Origin: Candidatus Hydrogenedens sp.
Lineage (GTDB): Bacteria > Hydrogenedentota > Hydrogenedentia > Hydrogenedentales > Hydrogenedentaceae
Direction of reading: 5' to 3'
DNA: 64,000 nt
Assembly (NCBI GenBank): GCA_049968235.1
Contig: JBMFRC010000002.1
Span: 64,001 to 128,000 of the forward strand
Under the pieces are notes generated by a model that was not told the DNA's origin, ran no database searches, and saw nothing but the letters and a program-made list of their open reading frames with translations. The translations under genes were made by a program, and so were the position numbers. This document shows positions 7,489 to 17,321 of this stretch, piece after piece (position 1 is the first letter of the stretch; each line of letters begins with the position of its first letter).

Positions 7489-10083
7489 CTATAAATATCC
7501 TGCATTCTTTATATTAGATATAGCATCTTCGGGTAGTTCAATTTCCTTCCGTTCATTTTCATTCGTTAATGGTTTTTGACGAATGAATATATATGTATTA
7601 CCATCGTTGAGAATATCAGGTATATTTTCCCAATACAAATTTTCTCCAGGTAATATAAATTCATACTCACTTACTAGTTCACTAATTCTATCTCGAGAAA
7701 CTACTTTAAATTTCTCCGGACTTCTAAAACCTATTCTTAATTCCTGTTTCATATCTTTCGGATATACATATAGGGAATAAGTATCTGCAATTTGTGGATA
7801 ACTTATGGTTCCATATAAACAATCCATTTTCTCCGCTTTCTTATACCAGAACATTATATTATCGGGTATCACCGAAATCAGATTGGGTCCGGGACATATA
7901 AATACCTCATCAGGAATATTTGTTTTTTTCCCTTTCATCTCGATAACCCAACCTTCTCCACTAAAAAATCTATAGGAACTCATTTCCGCTAAAAATTGTT
8001 TTACAAGGATATTTTCCTTTTCAAAAAGATTGACACATTCTGCCGGGTCCTGTAATAAATCAAAAAAACTCACCTTTGATTCTCTAAAAGAACAAATAAC
8101 CTTATGTTTATCCGATATGAGGGCTTCTTCATTCTGATATTGATTCTGAACGAAAATTTTCCTTGGAGTATTATATTCTCCTTCTATAATCTTAGACAGG
8201 GATACGCCATCCAGATTTTCATAGCTTATATTTAAATTATCCAGTATCGTAGGGACAATATCTTCTAAACAAACCAGATTTTCTATTCGTCTCCCGGCAT
8301 ATATAGCATTGGGGAACTTTATCATCATAGGAACTCGTGCAGTATGTTCATATACATCTACATGCTCATAACGACCATGTTCCCCTAATGCTTCTCCGTA
8401 GTCAGCAATCACTACAATAACAGATTTATCATACAAACCCTGTTCTTCCAAAAAATTAAACAGGTCACCTAACGCGTAATCTACTTTTGCAACGCAATCA
8501 TCATATAACGCATTGATATATAAATTTTCGTAAAAACCTAATTTCCCTAATGTTGCCTGTATGTGGTTAAAAAAACTTCTTGGATTAGGCATACATTCCG
8601 CTGTTAATAATTCAGGAACTTCGAGTATATCGCTGAAGAAAAAAAATCGAGCGTCTTCAGAACTATATATTGTCGCAGGGGGAAACATTCGGGTATGCAC
8701 ATCATAATTGTGTAAAAACACGAAAAGATTGTTATATTTCATCTTTTTTATTTCGTTCTTTAATATTTCTTGTGTAGAAAAAACATCGCGTAGATATTCT
8801 GGTGGATAAAAGAAACTATCCATCCCTCGCATATACCCTCTGGAAGGCAAAAACCATGTCGTTGCTCCTACCAATCCTATGGAATAGTACCCTAATTCTT
8901 TTAAATATTCTCCCAATAACTTAACATTATCATAAGCAGGAAGTTCTGCATTAACTCCATGGTTCTTCGGGAATAGCCCCGTTAAAAGACTCATATGAGC
9001 CACTGGAGTAAAGGTGCGTGTTGTATATGCTCGTTCAAATAATACTGCCTCCTTTGCAAATCTATCCAGATTTGGACTTGTTGGCAATGAATAACCATAT
9101 GGTAACAAATGGTCTGCTCGCATTGTATCGCAAGAAATAATAAATACGGGCGGATATTGCTTTGTTGTATCATCGTCATTTCGAATAATGATAGGATTAC
9201 CCCATAACCCATATTCTTCAGGAATATTTATCGCTGTTTTTTTGGTAAAAACAATTTGTACTTCTTTCCCTGCAAATTTTGATAGGTCTAATTCTGTAAA
9301 TCGCCATCCCTGGTCATCCTCTTTTTCCATCGGATTCATCTGATGTTCATATATATGTTCTTTTCTCTCATCACACGATACATCAATGGAAAAAGTATAT
9401 TTTTGTTTACTCCATTCTTGAACATACTTCTTCTGAGATAATGCTCCTACCTTTAGGTTATATATACCTGTATACAGTAGTAATCTATCCCCTGTTTGTA
9501 TTTTTGTAGTAAATGTCCAGATATCCTCAGGAATACAATTCATACATAATCCATTAAGCATAAATTGTCCCAATTCTGAAGGCAAATATCTAACTAATTC
9601 AACATTTTTCAATTGCAACCCATTATTAATCTTTTCTAAATTTGCAACTTCAATAATAAATTTATTGGCACTATCAACTATAGGGTTGATTTTATCAGGA
9701 TATTTAATTTCAAAAGTATATTGATGTAATTTGCCATCTGCAATCAGAGGAAGCTTATCTTCAGAAAAAGAATTCGGTCCTTCTTTATTTGCAGAACTCC
9801 ATCCCCATCGGATAAAAGCATTTTTGTCTGAAACCATCTCTATTTTTATTAGTTTGTATAAACTTAAATCTAAATGTATTTCATATTCAAAAAGAATCTT
9901 TCCTACCTCGCTTTGCTTCATCTGCCATTGTTCTCCGGAAATAGTTAAGTCAGTTCTCGGAAACTTATCATTCCAATATTTATCCGTTAGTCGAATGACC
10001 AATCCATAAGATTCCGACCACAAAAATACACTTATAAAGAGAACTTTTATTCCTATCTTGATATTTACATATCTGTTAAACAT
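7489..10083 (-). CDS. Membrane-anchored or secreted sulfatase-fold protein with novel N-terminal domain, paralog B (864 aa)
   Basis: Same architecture and motifs as paralog A: IRWGWSS, VFIISCDTMRADHLLPYGY, TFTPVAHMSLLTGLFPKNHG, YGEALGEHGRYEH, ends ..NAGYL. It lies 6 nt upstream of paralog A on the same strand. Confidence 0.75.
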   Translation of the reverse strand: MFNRYVNIKIGIKVLFISVFLWSESYGLVIRLTDKYWNDKFPRTDLTISGEQWQMKQSEVGKILFEYEIHLDLSLYKLIKIEMVSDKNAFIRWGWSSANKEGPNSFSEDKLPLIADGKLHQYTFEIKYPDKINPIVDSANKFIIEVANLEKINNGLQLKNVELVRYLPSELGQFMLNGLCMNCIPEDIWTFTTKIQTGDRLLLYTGIYNLKVGALSQKKYVQEWSKQKYTFSIDVSCDERKEHIYEHQMNPMEKEDDQGWRFTELDLSKFAGKEVQIVFTKKTAINIPEEYGLWGNPIIIRNDDDTTKQYPPVFIISCDTMRADHLLPYGYSLPTSPNLDRFAKEAVLFERAYTTRTFTPVAHMSLLTGLFPKNHGVNAELPAYDNVKLLGEYLKELGYYSIGLVGATTWFLPSRGYMRGMDSFFYPPEYLRDVFSTQEILKNEIKKMKYNNLFVFLHNYDVHTRMFPPATIYSSEDARFFFFSDILEVPELLTAECMPNPRSFFNHIQATLGKLGFYENLYINALYDDCVAKVDYALGDLFNFLEEQGLYDKSVIVVIADYGEALGEHGRYEHVDVYEHTARVPMMIKFPNAIYAGRRIENLVCLEDIVPTILDNLNISYENLDGVSLSKIIEGEYNTPRKIFVQNQYQNEEALISDKHKVICSFRESKVSFFDLLQDPAECVNLFEKENILVKQFLAEMSSYRFFSGEGWVIEMKGKKTNIPDEVFICPGPNLISVIPDNIMFWYKKAEKMDCLYGTISYPQIADTYSLYVYPKDMKQELRIGFRSPEKFKVVSRDRISELVSEYEFILPGENLYWENIPDILNDGNTYIFIRQKPLTNENERKEIELPEDAISNIKNAGYL

Positions 10084-10211
10084 TGTATAACTTCTATTTT
10101 TACTTCATGTATATTTCGTTATTTACATATATTATGATATAAAATTATATCCCAACATAGAAAAAACCGTTTTATACCCTGAAAGATATTCGTATAATAA
10201 TACTTCTTCTT

Positions 10212-11339
10212 TTGGTTGACGATGAAAAAGTAGATTATCCAATGTCCCCAATAAATAAAAAAACTATCATAAAAACAATTATTATAAACATCTCCGTTTT
10301 ATTGATTATATGTCTTTTTATTTGTTTCTTATTTTTACCTTTTGAAATATTCCTTCGCTTTAAGTATAAAGGAAATGAAAGAGTCATGTTAACCTCTCCC
10401 CCCATTATCGTCTGCTCTGAACAGGGGAGGGAAATCGCTAAGGGAGTTAAAGGAGAAGGCACAATAACTGTTAGAGACAATCCTCATATTTTTTATTTTG
10501 AAACCGACACAAAAGGAAGAAGAGTTACTCCTCAACCGAGCATTGATAATAAAGAATTTAATTGTTTATTTTTTGGCTGTTCTTTTACCTTCGGAACAGG
10601 TGTGAATAATGACCAGACCTTGCCTTATTATTTTGGGCAACTACATCCCGAAATAGAAGTATACAATTATGGAATTCCTGGAGGTTCTCCACAAGAAATA
10701 TATCTTCAATCTACTCATTCTGAAATTTTTGCAGATATCCCCACCAAACCCACAATTGTGATATATACTTTCATCTCTGACCATTTACGAAGATTGAAAG
10801 GCACAATAAATTTAATATTCAGAGCCCCTAAATGGGTTGGCTGTTTACCAGAATTGGAGATTGTTAATACCAAAGTGATTAATAAAGGCAAATTCGAGAA
10901 AACACATCCTTATTTGTTTTCTTTTGCCAATATAATAAGCAACTCTCTTGTAATAAAACAGATGATAAATTACACTCAGATGGATTATCCATCACCTTTT
11001 ACAAACGAAAATTATGACTTTTTATGTAACTTGCTAAATGAAACGAGAAATCAATTATCTATTCAGTTTCCTAATTTATATTTTGTGATATTTATCTATC
11101 CCGAACATTGTTTTACCCCTAACACCTGCCCTAATTTAGATTATTTCATAAATATCCTTAATATGAGAAAAGAGTTAATGTTAATTTCCTGCGAAGAAAA
11201 GAAAATGATAGAAAATTATTCCCAACTCAAATCCTCCGGAAAACATATAATTTTAGATGGACATCCCAGTCCGGAATGTTACAAATTATTTGCGGAATGG
11301 ATAAGTAATGGACTGAAAAATAAGGGAATTATTCCATAA
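10212..11339 (+). CDS. Membrane-anchored SGNH/GDSL-like hydrolase or acyl-esterase candidate (375 aa)
   Basis: N-terminal TM helix (IINISVLLIICLFICFLFLPF). Block I-like FFGCSFTFGTG (G-C-S in place of G-D-S). C-terminal ILDGHPSPECY resembles SGNH block V (DxxH). No other family signal. Confidence 0.45.
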   Translation: MVDDEKVDYPMSPINKKTIIKTIIINISVLLIICLFICFLFLPFEIFLRFKYKGNERVMLTSPPIIVCSEQGREIAKGVKGEGTITVRDNPHIFYFETDTKGRRVTPQPSIDNKEFNCLFFGCSFTFGTGVNNDQTLPYYFGQLHPEIEVYNYGIPGGSPQEIYLQSTHSEIFADIPTKPTIVIYTFISDHLRRLKGTINLIFRAPKWVGCLPELEIVNTKVINKGKFEKTHPYLFSFANIISNSLVIKQMINYTQMDYPSPFTNENYDFLCNLLNETRNQLSIQFPNLYFVIFIYPEHCFTPNTCPNLDYFINILNMRKELMLISCEEKKMIENYSQLKSSGKHIILDGHPSPECYKLFAEWISNGLKNKGIIP

Positions 11340-13760
11340 CTATTTTGATAAAACCTGCTGAATAATTTCCTTCAGATTTTCAAAACGATAGGGTTTTTGA
11401 ATATACCCTGAGAATAAATCTATTTTTACTTTATTGATAATTTGTTCGTGAGGGTAGCCACTGGTCAAAATAACCGGGATTTCTTCTCTCATTTTCTTCA
11501 TTTCCATACATGCTTCAACACCATCTGCATGAGGCATTGTTAAATCTAAAAAGACACACTTAATATCCTCTTTATGCTTTTTAAATAATTGAATTGCTTC
11601 TTTCCCATCAATAGCAGATAATACTTCAAAGCCTAAGTATTCCAACATCCGCTGAGTAATGGCTCGAACAGTATCTTCATCTTCAGCCAACAGGAGTTTC
11701 CCTTCATACCGAAACTCTTTTGCTTCTTCTGTAAAGATGGTCTCTTTCTCTTCCATCCATTCAATAGCTGGTAAAAATATCTTAAAAGCGGTTCCTCTCC
11801 CTTTCTCTGAATAAACCTTTATCCCGCCATGATGACTTTTTATTGTACCTAAAACAGAAACCAATCCAAGTCCACGACCTGTGAATTTCGTTGAATAAAA
11901 AGGTTCAAAAATACGTTTCCGAGTTTCTTCATCCATTCCACATCCGGTATCTACAACTTCCACAACCACATACAGACCTTCTTTCAATTCTCCGGGCAAA
12001 AAGAGGGTATCTAAATACTTACTATCACAAAAGGAAGCCGATGTCCGAACAATTATCATACCGCTTCTATTTCCAATCGCTTCATTGGAATTAATAACAA
12101 GATTCATGATAACCTGTGATAGTTGTGTAGCATCCCCTTCTACCATAGGTATCTGTTCCGCTAAATCCAATTTCAATACTACCTTTTTAGAAATAGAAGA
12201 TTTGATAATTTGTAGCATCTCTTCTATCATCTTATTTAAATTCACACGTTTCGTTAATAGTTTTCTTCTGCCCGCATAAGAAAGCATCTGTTGAGCAAGT
12301 TCAGACCCTTTTTTCCCTGCAATAATAATGCTATTCAAATATTCTCTTGCAGTAGAAATTTCTGGAAGTTCGTGAAGAGCAAGTTCTGCGCTACCTATCA
12401 TTGCCATTAATATATTATTAAAATCATGAGCCACTCCCCCTGCCAATGTCTCTAAACTCTGAATTTTCTGCACCTGGTGCATTCGTTCTTGCATTTGTTT
12501 TCGCTGTTGTTCTAATTTTTTCTGTTCACGAATATCAATAATTCCCCCAATAATCCCATCTTCCGGGCATTGTGGGTTTCTCAACGCTGCATTAATACGA
12601 ATGTCGATAAATTCCCCATTCTTATCTTTCCATCGAGTATCAACCCAATTCATATTATTATCCGTTAATCCTTCATATAACTCTTTCTCCACACGATTAA
12701 ATTCTTCGTCCGTCTCATAATATTTCCTTGTTGAACTACCTATCATCTCTTCCTTTGAATATCCTAGAATTTGACACATCCGGTCATTACACCACTCTAT
12801 TACCCGATTCCTGACAAAAACTACACCAAAAGGTGTTGTTTGCATCATACTATTTAATAATTGTTCATCCCTTTCTATTATCTCCTGGGCTCTTTTTATT
12901 TCCGTTATATCACCATAAGTCCCCAATATACCAATAATATTATTATCCCTATCTCGTAAAGGTACCTTACTTACATATAACCATCTCACTTCTCCAGAAG
13001 CACGTGTATGTTTTTCCTCAAAATTTAATAGGGGTTCCCCACTTTCCATAATTCTACGGTCTATTTCACGGAAGCCATCTGATTCTTCCTTTGTCCATGG
13101 CAGGTCATAATCCGTTTTACCGATTACCTCCTCGGGTGAGGAACAATTTGCATCCTTAGCAAATTGTAGATTACAACCTAAAAACACTCCATTTTTATCC
13201 TTCCAGAAAACTGCTTGAGGAATATTTTCAATAATTGTTTTTGTCAGCGAGACCTGAGTATCTCTATCTTTTTGAATATTGACAAGTCGGTCTATATTAA
13301 TGGCAATCTCAATTCTTGCCATCTTTCCATTTTCCCACGGAATTGCAAAATCAACACATTGGAAAAAAGAACCCGTTCGTGTATTCTGGAATAACCAAAC
13401 ATAGGGAGCATTCGGTTCTCCTTTCTCATTAAGTAACCGGTCGTTCGTACAAAAACTACACGGTGCTATTTGCCCCTTTTGTAATATTTCGTAACATTTT
13501 TTCCCTACGATTCCTTCTCCAAACGTTTTTTCTAAATACTCATTTACAGCCAATATTTCATAAGTATCCATATCCGATACATATACTGCTGTATCTATAG
13601 CACTCATACTTTGAAATAATGGCTTTAAATCTGACCGGGTATAAAAATTTTTTTCTTGACCCATTAAGATATTTTTTATCTCTTCCGCCTGTGATTTCCA
13701 ATGAAGTATTTCTTTTATCAGTTCTTCTTTTGTTTTTTTAAAAAACTCTTCTATTTCCAT
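11340..13760 (-). CDS. Hybrid sensor histidine kinase with PAS domains and C-terminal receiver domain (806 aa)
   Basis: H-box HDFNNILMAMIGSAELAL. HATPase_c G-boxes DTGCGMD ... GRGLGLVSV ... GRGTAFKIFLP. Receiver domain LLLAEDEDTVR ... VFLDLTMPHADG. Upstream PAS/PAC-like repeats. No TM segments, so it is cytoplasmic. Confidence 0.85.
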   Translation of the reverse strand: MEIEEFFKKTKEELIKEILHWKSQAEEIKNILMGQEKNFYTRSDLKPLFQSMSAIDTAVYVSDMDTYEILAVNEYLEKTFGEGIVGKKCYEILQKGQIAPCSFCTNDRLLNEKGEPNAPYVWLFQNTRTGSFFQCVDFAIPWENGKMARIEIAINIDRLVNIQKDRDTQVSLTKTIIENIPQAVFWKDKNGVFLGCNLQFAKDANCSSPEEVIGKTDYDLPWTKEESDGFREIDRRIMESGEPLLNFEEKHTRASGEVRWLYVSKVPLRDRDNNIIGILGTYGDITEIKRAQEIIERDEQLLNSMMQTTPFGVVFVRNRVIEWCNDRMCQILGYSKEEMIGSSTRKYYETDEEFNRVEKELYEGLTDNNMNWVDTRWKDKNGEFIDIRINAALRNPQCPEDGIIGGIIDIREQKKLEQQRKQMQERMHQVQKIQSLETLAGGVAHDFNNILMAMIGSAELALHELPEISTAREYLNSIIIAGKKGSELAQQMLSYAGRRKLLTKRVNLNKMIEEMLQIIKSSISKKVVLKLDLAEQIPMVEGDATQLSQVIMNLVINSNEAIGNRSGMIIVRTSASFCDSKYLDTLFLPGELKEGLYVVVEVVDTGCGMDEETRKRIFEPFYSTKFTGRGLGLVSVLGTIKSHHGGIKVYSEKGRGTAFKIFLPAIEWMEEKETIFTEEAKEFRYEGKLLLAEDEDTVRAITQRMLEYLGFEVLSAIDGKEAIQLFKKHKEDIKCVFLDLTMPHADGVEACMEMKKMREEIPVILTSGYPHEQIINKVKIDLFSGYIQKPYRFENLKEIIQQVLSK

Positions 13761-13852
13761 TCACATCCCTTTACTTTTTGTTTACCAAATCTCTACTAAT
13801 TATAGTTATTATATATGTAATCTATCGAAATAACAACCCGACATAAATACAA

Positions 13853-15985
13853 ATGCTTGTAAATATTTTATTACTATTAAACACACTTATTCATGGTACT
13901 AATATCTGGATAGAACCGTCGTGGGTATCTACCAACCTTCCCCAACCATCTCCCAATTCTCATTATGAAGCACAAATTTTTTCTGCAAAAGGCGAAGCAG
14001 AATCTATTCATGTCCATATCGTTGCCGATAAAGACGACCTGAATAATTTATCCTGTGTTTTTGATAAAATGCCTGAAAATTTCCCCAATCCATTGTTATA
14101 CCAGGTATTACCTATACAGGGAGTTCCTCTTCCACAGGGGGGTATGGACCGAAGTCTTATATTTTTAGATATTCTAAAACCTTTCCAACCATTTAATCTC
14201 CTAAAAGGGCAAAAAGCAGTCTTCTGGATAACATTTCAAACCCCACGAACCATAAAAACAGGAATATATAAGACAGAATTGCAAATTAATGTGGAAGAAA
14301 AGAAACTGAAACGTATTCCTATTACCATTGAGGTTTTTGATTTTGAAATTCCGCGAACACCTTCTCTACCTGCTATTAGTTTTTTGGATTGGCAAATATT
14401 ACTACGAACAAATCCTCAATCTAAGTTATCCGATGATTTCTGGAAAAATCTTTTTAATTTTGTATATGACAAACGGCTTCAACTTTCATTAGGATCCTAT
14501 CTACAAAATCTCAACACGGATACTTTCACTATTCCTGAAAATTTGTGGAGAAACTATGTTAATTATATAAAAGAATACCATTCGCAGAATATCATAGACA
14601 TAACACCTCTACTATTACCTCCGGGTCCTCTGGAAACCGTTCGCACACTTTCAAAAAATGAAGAAAATATGATAAATGACATAAGGGGTATAAATAATGT
14701 CGCTATGGGAGCCCTTTTTTTTATGCCAAAAGATACCGGAGAAAATGACGCTTTACGACGATATTTAAGTTCCCTTTCCGAACAACTTCCTCTTGTCACA
14801 AGGATTTTTTGTGGTATTCCCTTACCCCAGTTTAATTTTTTTACAGACATCTGGGCTTTGCCTTTTTCTTCATTTGCCCCGGGATTAATGGAACGATTCG
14901 CAAAAGGTCTATCTATTGCAGATGAAATTACGTTTCCTATTAAGTCTATTTCTTCTTCCACTACCGGATTCATTCCCGGTTCTTATCCTCCTATTTTAAG
15001 TTCTCCATGGCAAGCCATAGATGCATGTATCTATACGGGATGGCTATCCTACCCGGCAGAAAAAGAGGGCAAAAAGGAATGGATAGAGATACAATTGAAA
15101 GAAAAAGTAATTGGTAATAAAATAGCCATTATTTGGGGTCCTGCCCAAATTCCCCAATCTATCGATATTCTAACTTCAAGAGATGGTATTCACTTTCTAA
15201 CATCCTCCGTAAATTGGAAACATATATCAGGGACTCTTTTTGACCCTGCTATATCATACGGAACTTTTAAATACAATCCCGACTTTTCTGCTATCCGTTT
15301 TGAATTTTCCCGAATTAAGAAAGGTGAATTTGTATATATTAAAGAGATACGGCTAAACCCAGATGAACAGAGTAAAGAACCTCGCACGGCTCCTGTAATT
15401 ACCCCGTGGTTATGGATTAATCCAGAGCAATATCCCTCACTTCGCTATGATTCCGCATCCATAGAACCCCGTATTATTCCATGGATATGCTGGAATTATG
15501 GCTTTAGAGGTATTATTCTCACTCCTCTGATTTCATGGGGCAATATTGTTACAAGACCCCAAAACATGGAAACTTTCCTATTTCAACCTCAAGACACATT
15601 ACAAATGTCTACTTTGCTTTATCCTGCAAAAGATACCTATCTACACTCTATTCGTTTAGAACGGCTCCGTGATGGATTGGAAGATTTTGAATATCTATTA
15701 CTTCTCGCTCAAAAAGCACAATCCCAAAAAATAATTAATAAAGAATGCTACAATTATCTAACTATGCAACTTGAAAAATTTGTTCCATGGAATGTTGTTC
15801 AGGAGGATTTTGCAAAAGAATTGATGATGAAAAGACTTTCTATTGGATATGAATTAAGCAACAGAGAATCCCCTTATAAACACGAAAAAAAAGAATTCTC
15901 ACCTAAAAAAGACAACGGAGAAATGGTTCGCATTTCCCCAAAAGTACAAAAAAACTTTTCTATCCGTCAAAAAACCACAGAATAA
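13853..15985 (+). CDS. Secreted hypothetical protein (710 aa), possibly a glycan-active enzyme with a discoidin-like segment
   Basis: N-terminal signal-like hydrophobic stretch. Segment EWIEIQLKEKVIGNKIAIIWGPAQIP..DILTSRDGIHF resembles an F5/8-type-C carbohydrate-binding fold. No catalytic motif recognised with confidence. Confidence 0.4.
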   Translation: MLVNILLLLNTLIHGTNIWIEPSWVSTNLPQPSPNSHYEAQIFSAKGEAESIHVHIVADKDDLNNLSCVFDKMPENFPNPLLYQVLPIQGVPLPQGGMDRSLIFLDILKPFQPFNLLKGQKAVFWITFQTPRTIKTGIYKTELQINVEEKKLKRIPITIEVFDFEIPRTPSLPAISFLDWQILLRTNPQSKLSDDFWKNLFNFVYDKRLQLSLGSYLQNLNTDTFTIPENLWRNYVNYIKEYHSQNIIDITPLLLPPGPLETVRTLSKNEENMINDIRGINNVAMGALFFMPKDTGENDALRRYLSSLSEQLPLVTRIFCGIPLPQFNFFTDIWALPFSSFAPGLMERFAKGLSIADEITFPIKSISSSTTGFIPGSYPPILSSPWQAIDACIYTGWLSYPAEKEGKKEWIEIQLKEKVIGNKIAIIWGPAQIPQSIDILTSRDGIHFLTSSVNWKHISGTLFDPAISYGTFKYNPDFSAIRFEFSRIKKGEFVYIKEIRLNPDEQSKEPRTAPVITPWLWINPEQYPSLRYDSASIEPRIIPWICWNYGFRGIILTPLISWGNIVTRPQNMETFLFQPQDTLQMSTLLYPAKDTYLHSIRLERLRDGLEDFEYLLLLAQKAQSQKIINKECYNYLTMQLEKFVPWNVVQEDFAKELMMKRLSIGYELSNRESPYKHEKKEFSPKKDNGEMVRISPKVQKNFSIRQKTTE

Positions 15986-15999
15986 CGAACACGGTAAAA

Positions 16000-17112
16000 T
16001 TATTCCAAATTCATTTCCAACTGTAAATTTGTCCCTGTCTTTACCCAGGCATTTGTTACGATGACTTTTGTATTTCCCTCTCCTCTTGTCCGAACCAGCA
16101 ACGAAGAACGAGGTTCCAATCGGTATGTTCCTCCTGCCACAGGACCTATTAGTTTCAATGACCATGGGATATCCGATACATTTTCTATTTGCATTTGTCC
16201 TTCTTTCTTTTTGGGATTGGTTATCCGTATTTTTCCGAAATGGACACAGGAAAGAAATAACTTTGAAACCCATTCTTCCCTGCCATTAATCAAATCCGCT
16301 ATCCATACAACAGTCCGTTTATTGTCTAAGGCTTCACGAATTCCCTGCTCTGTTTTTTCCTTAGCAAACACTAAAGTCATGGGTCTTTGAAATTTATCCA
16401 ATTGAAATTCTCCCATAATTAACCCATGCAAGTCACTGTTACCCATCATTGTAAGGTTATTTTCCAAAGCCCAATCTATTACATGCGGATACCAATCCGA
16501 ACCATTGGATATTTCCACTCCGTGCAGGTACCCTTTTTCTAACAATTTCTTCTGAAATTTAAATTGATTCCTGGTTGCAGAATTCCAATCCGGATGATTC
16601 CATTGAATAAAAGCGCCCTGTTTAACTGCATTCTCAATTGCTGTAAATGGGTCTTCATTATCAACAAGGTTTACATCTTTCAGAAATAAAGCATTATAAT
16701 GTCCATAAGGTTCGTCGCGTGTGATTTCCCCACCTTTGATTAAAATAATTCCATACCATTCTCCCGCACTTTGTGCTACTTCATACGATGAATTATCATC
16801 TCCCGTTAAAAATGGTCTGGACCTACCGTTTTCTATATGGTCTGTAATAGCAATCGCATCTAAACCTGTTGCCCACGCTTCTATAACCCGTAAATCGGGC
16901 CAAACACGACCATCAGAAAAAACGGTATGCATATGGAAATCACATTTTAATGTTATAAATTCCTCTACATTAGGAACCATCACCTCGTGTCGAATTATAG
17001 GTCGTTCCAACTGTGTAATAGTGATAGGAGAGATATTGGCCGCAAAAATCATTAACGACATCGTTACAAGAAAAATTACCAAAATAGCTATTTGCTTTAC
17101 CTGTTTAATCAT
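16000..17112 (-). CDS. PHP-domain metal-dependent phosphoesterase (CehA/McbA-like), membrane-anchored or secreted (370 aa)
   Basis: CDFHMHTVFSDGRVWPDL..AIAITDH PHP motifs (HxH and a distal His). N-terminal hydrophobic segment. Confidence 0.7.
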   Translation of the reverse strand: MIKQVKQIAILVIFLVTMSLMIFAANISPITITQLERPIIRHEVMVPNVEEFITLKCDFHMHTVFSDGRVWPDLRVIEAWATGLDAIAITDHIENGRSRPFLTGDDNSSYEVAQSAGEWYGIILIKGGEITRDEPYGHYNALFLKDVNLVDNEDPFTAIENAVKQGAFIQWNHPDWNSATRNQFKFQKKLLEKGYLHGVEISNGSDWYPHVIDWALENNLTMMGNSDLHGLIMGEFQLDKFQRPMTLVFAKEKTEQGIREALDNKRTVVWIADLINGREEWVSKLFLSCVHFGKIRITNPKKKEGQMQIENVSDIPWSLKLIGPVAGGTYRLEPRSSLLVRTRGEGNTKVIVTNAWVKTGTNLQLEMNLE

Positions 17113-17321
17113 TCGTTGTCTCCTTATGGTAAAGAATTTAAAAATACTCCTGTGATTAGACTGTAAAAAAATTTTTATGTTTCAAATAAGAAATAATAGC
17201 ACATACAAAAATAAAAAAAAATTTACTTATTTATCCCAGCTATCTTATCCGCTTTACCACCCGTCAGATGGGCATCCATCTATTCTATTCCTTTATCAGA
17301 AACAACTCTAATTTCGATTTT

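Noticed and set aside
17113-17321. Possible ncRNA in the 209-bp gap between the PHP and D-aminoacylase genes
   Set aside because: It is A/T homopolymer-rich, with no convincing stem-loops or conserved motifs. It is most simply a promoter/UTR region for the PHP gene.
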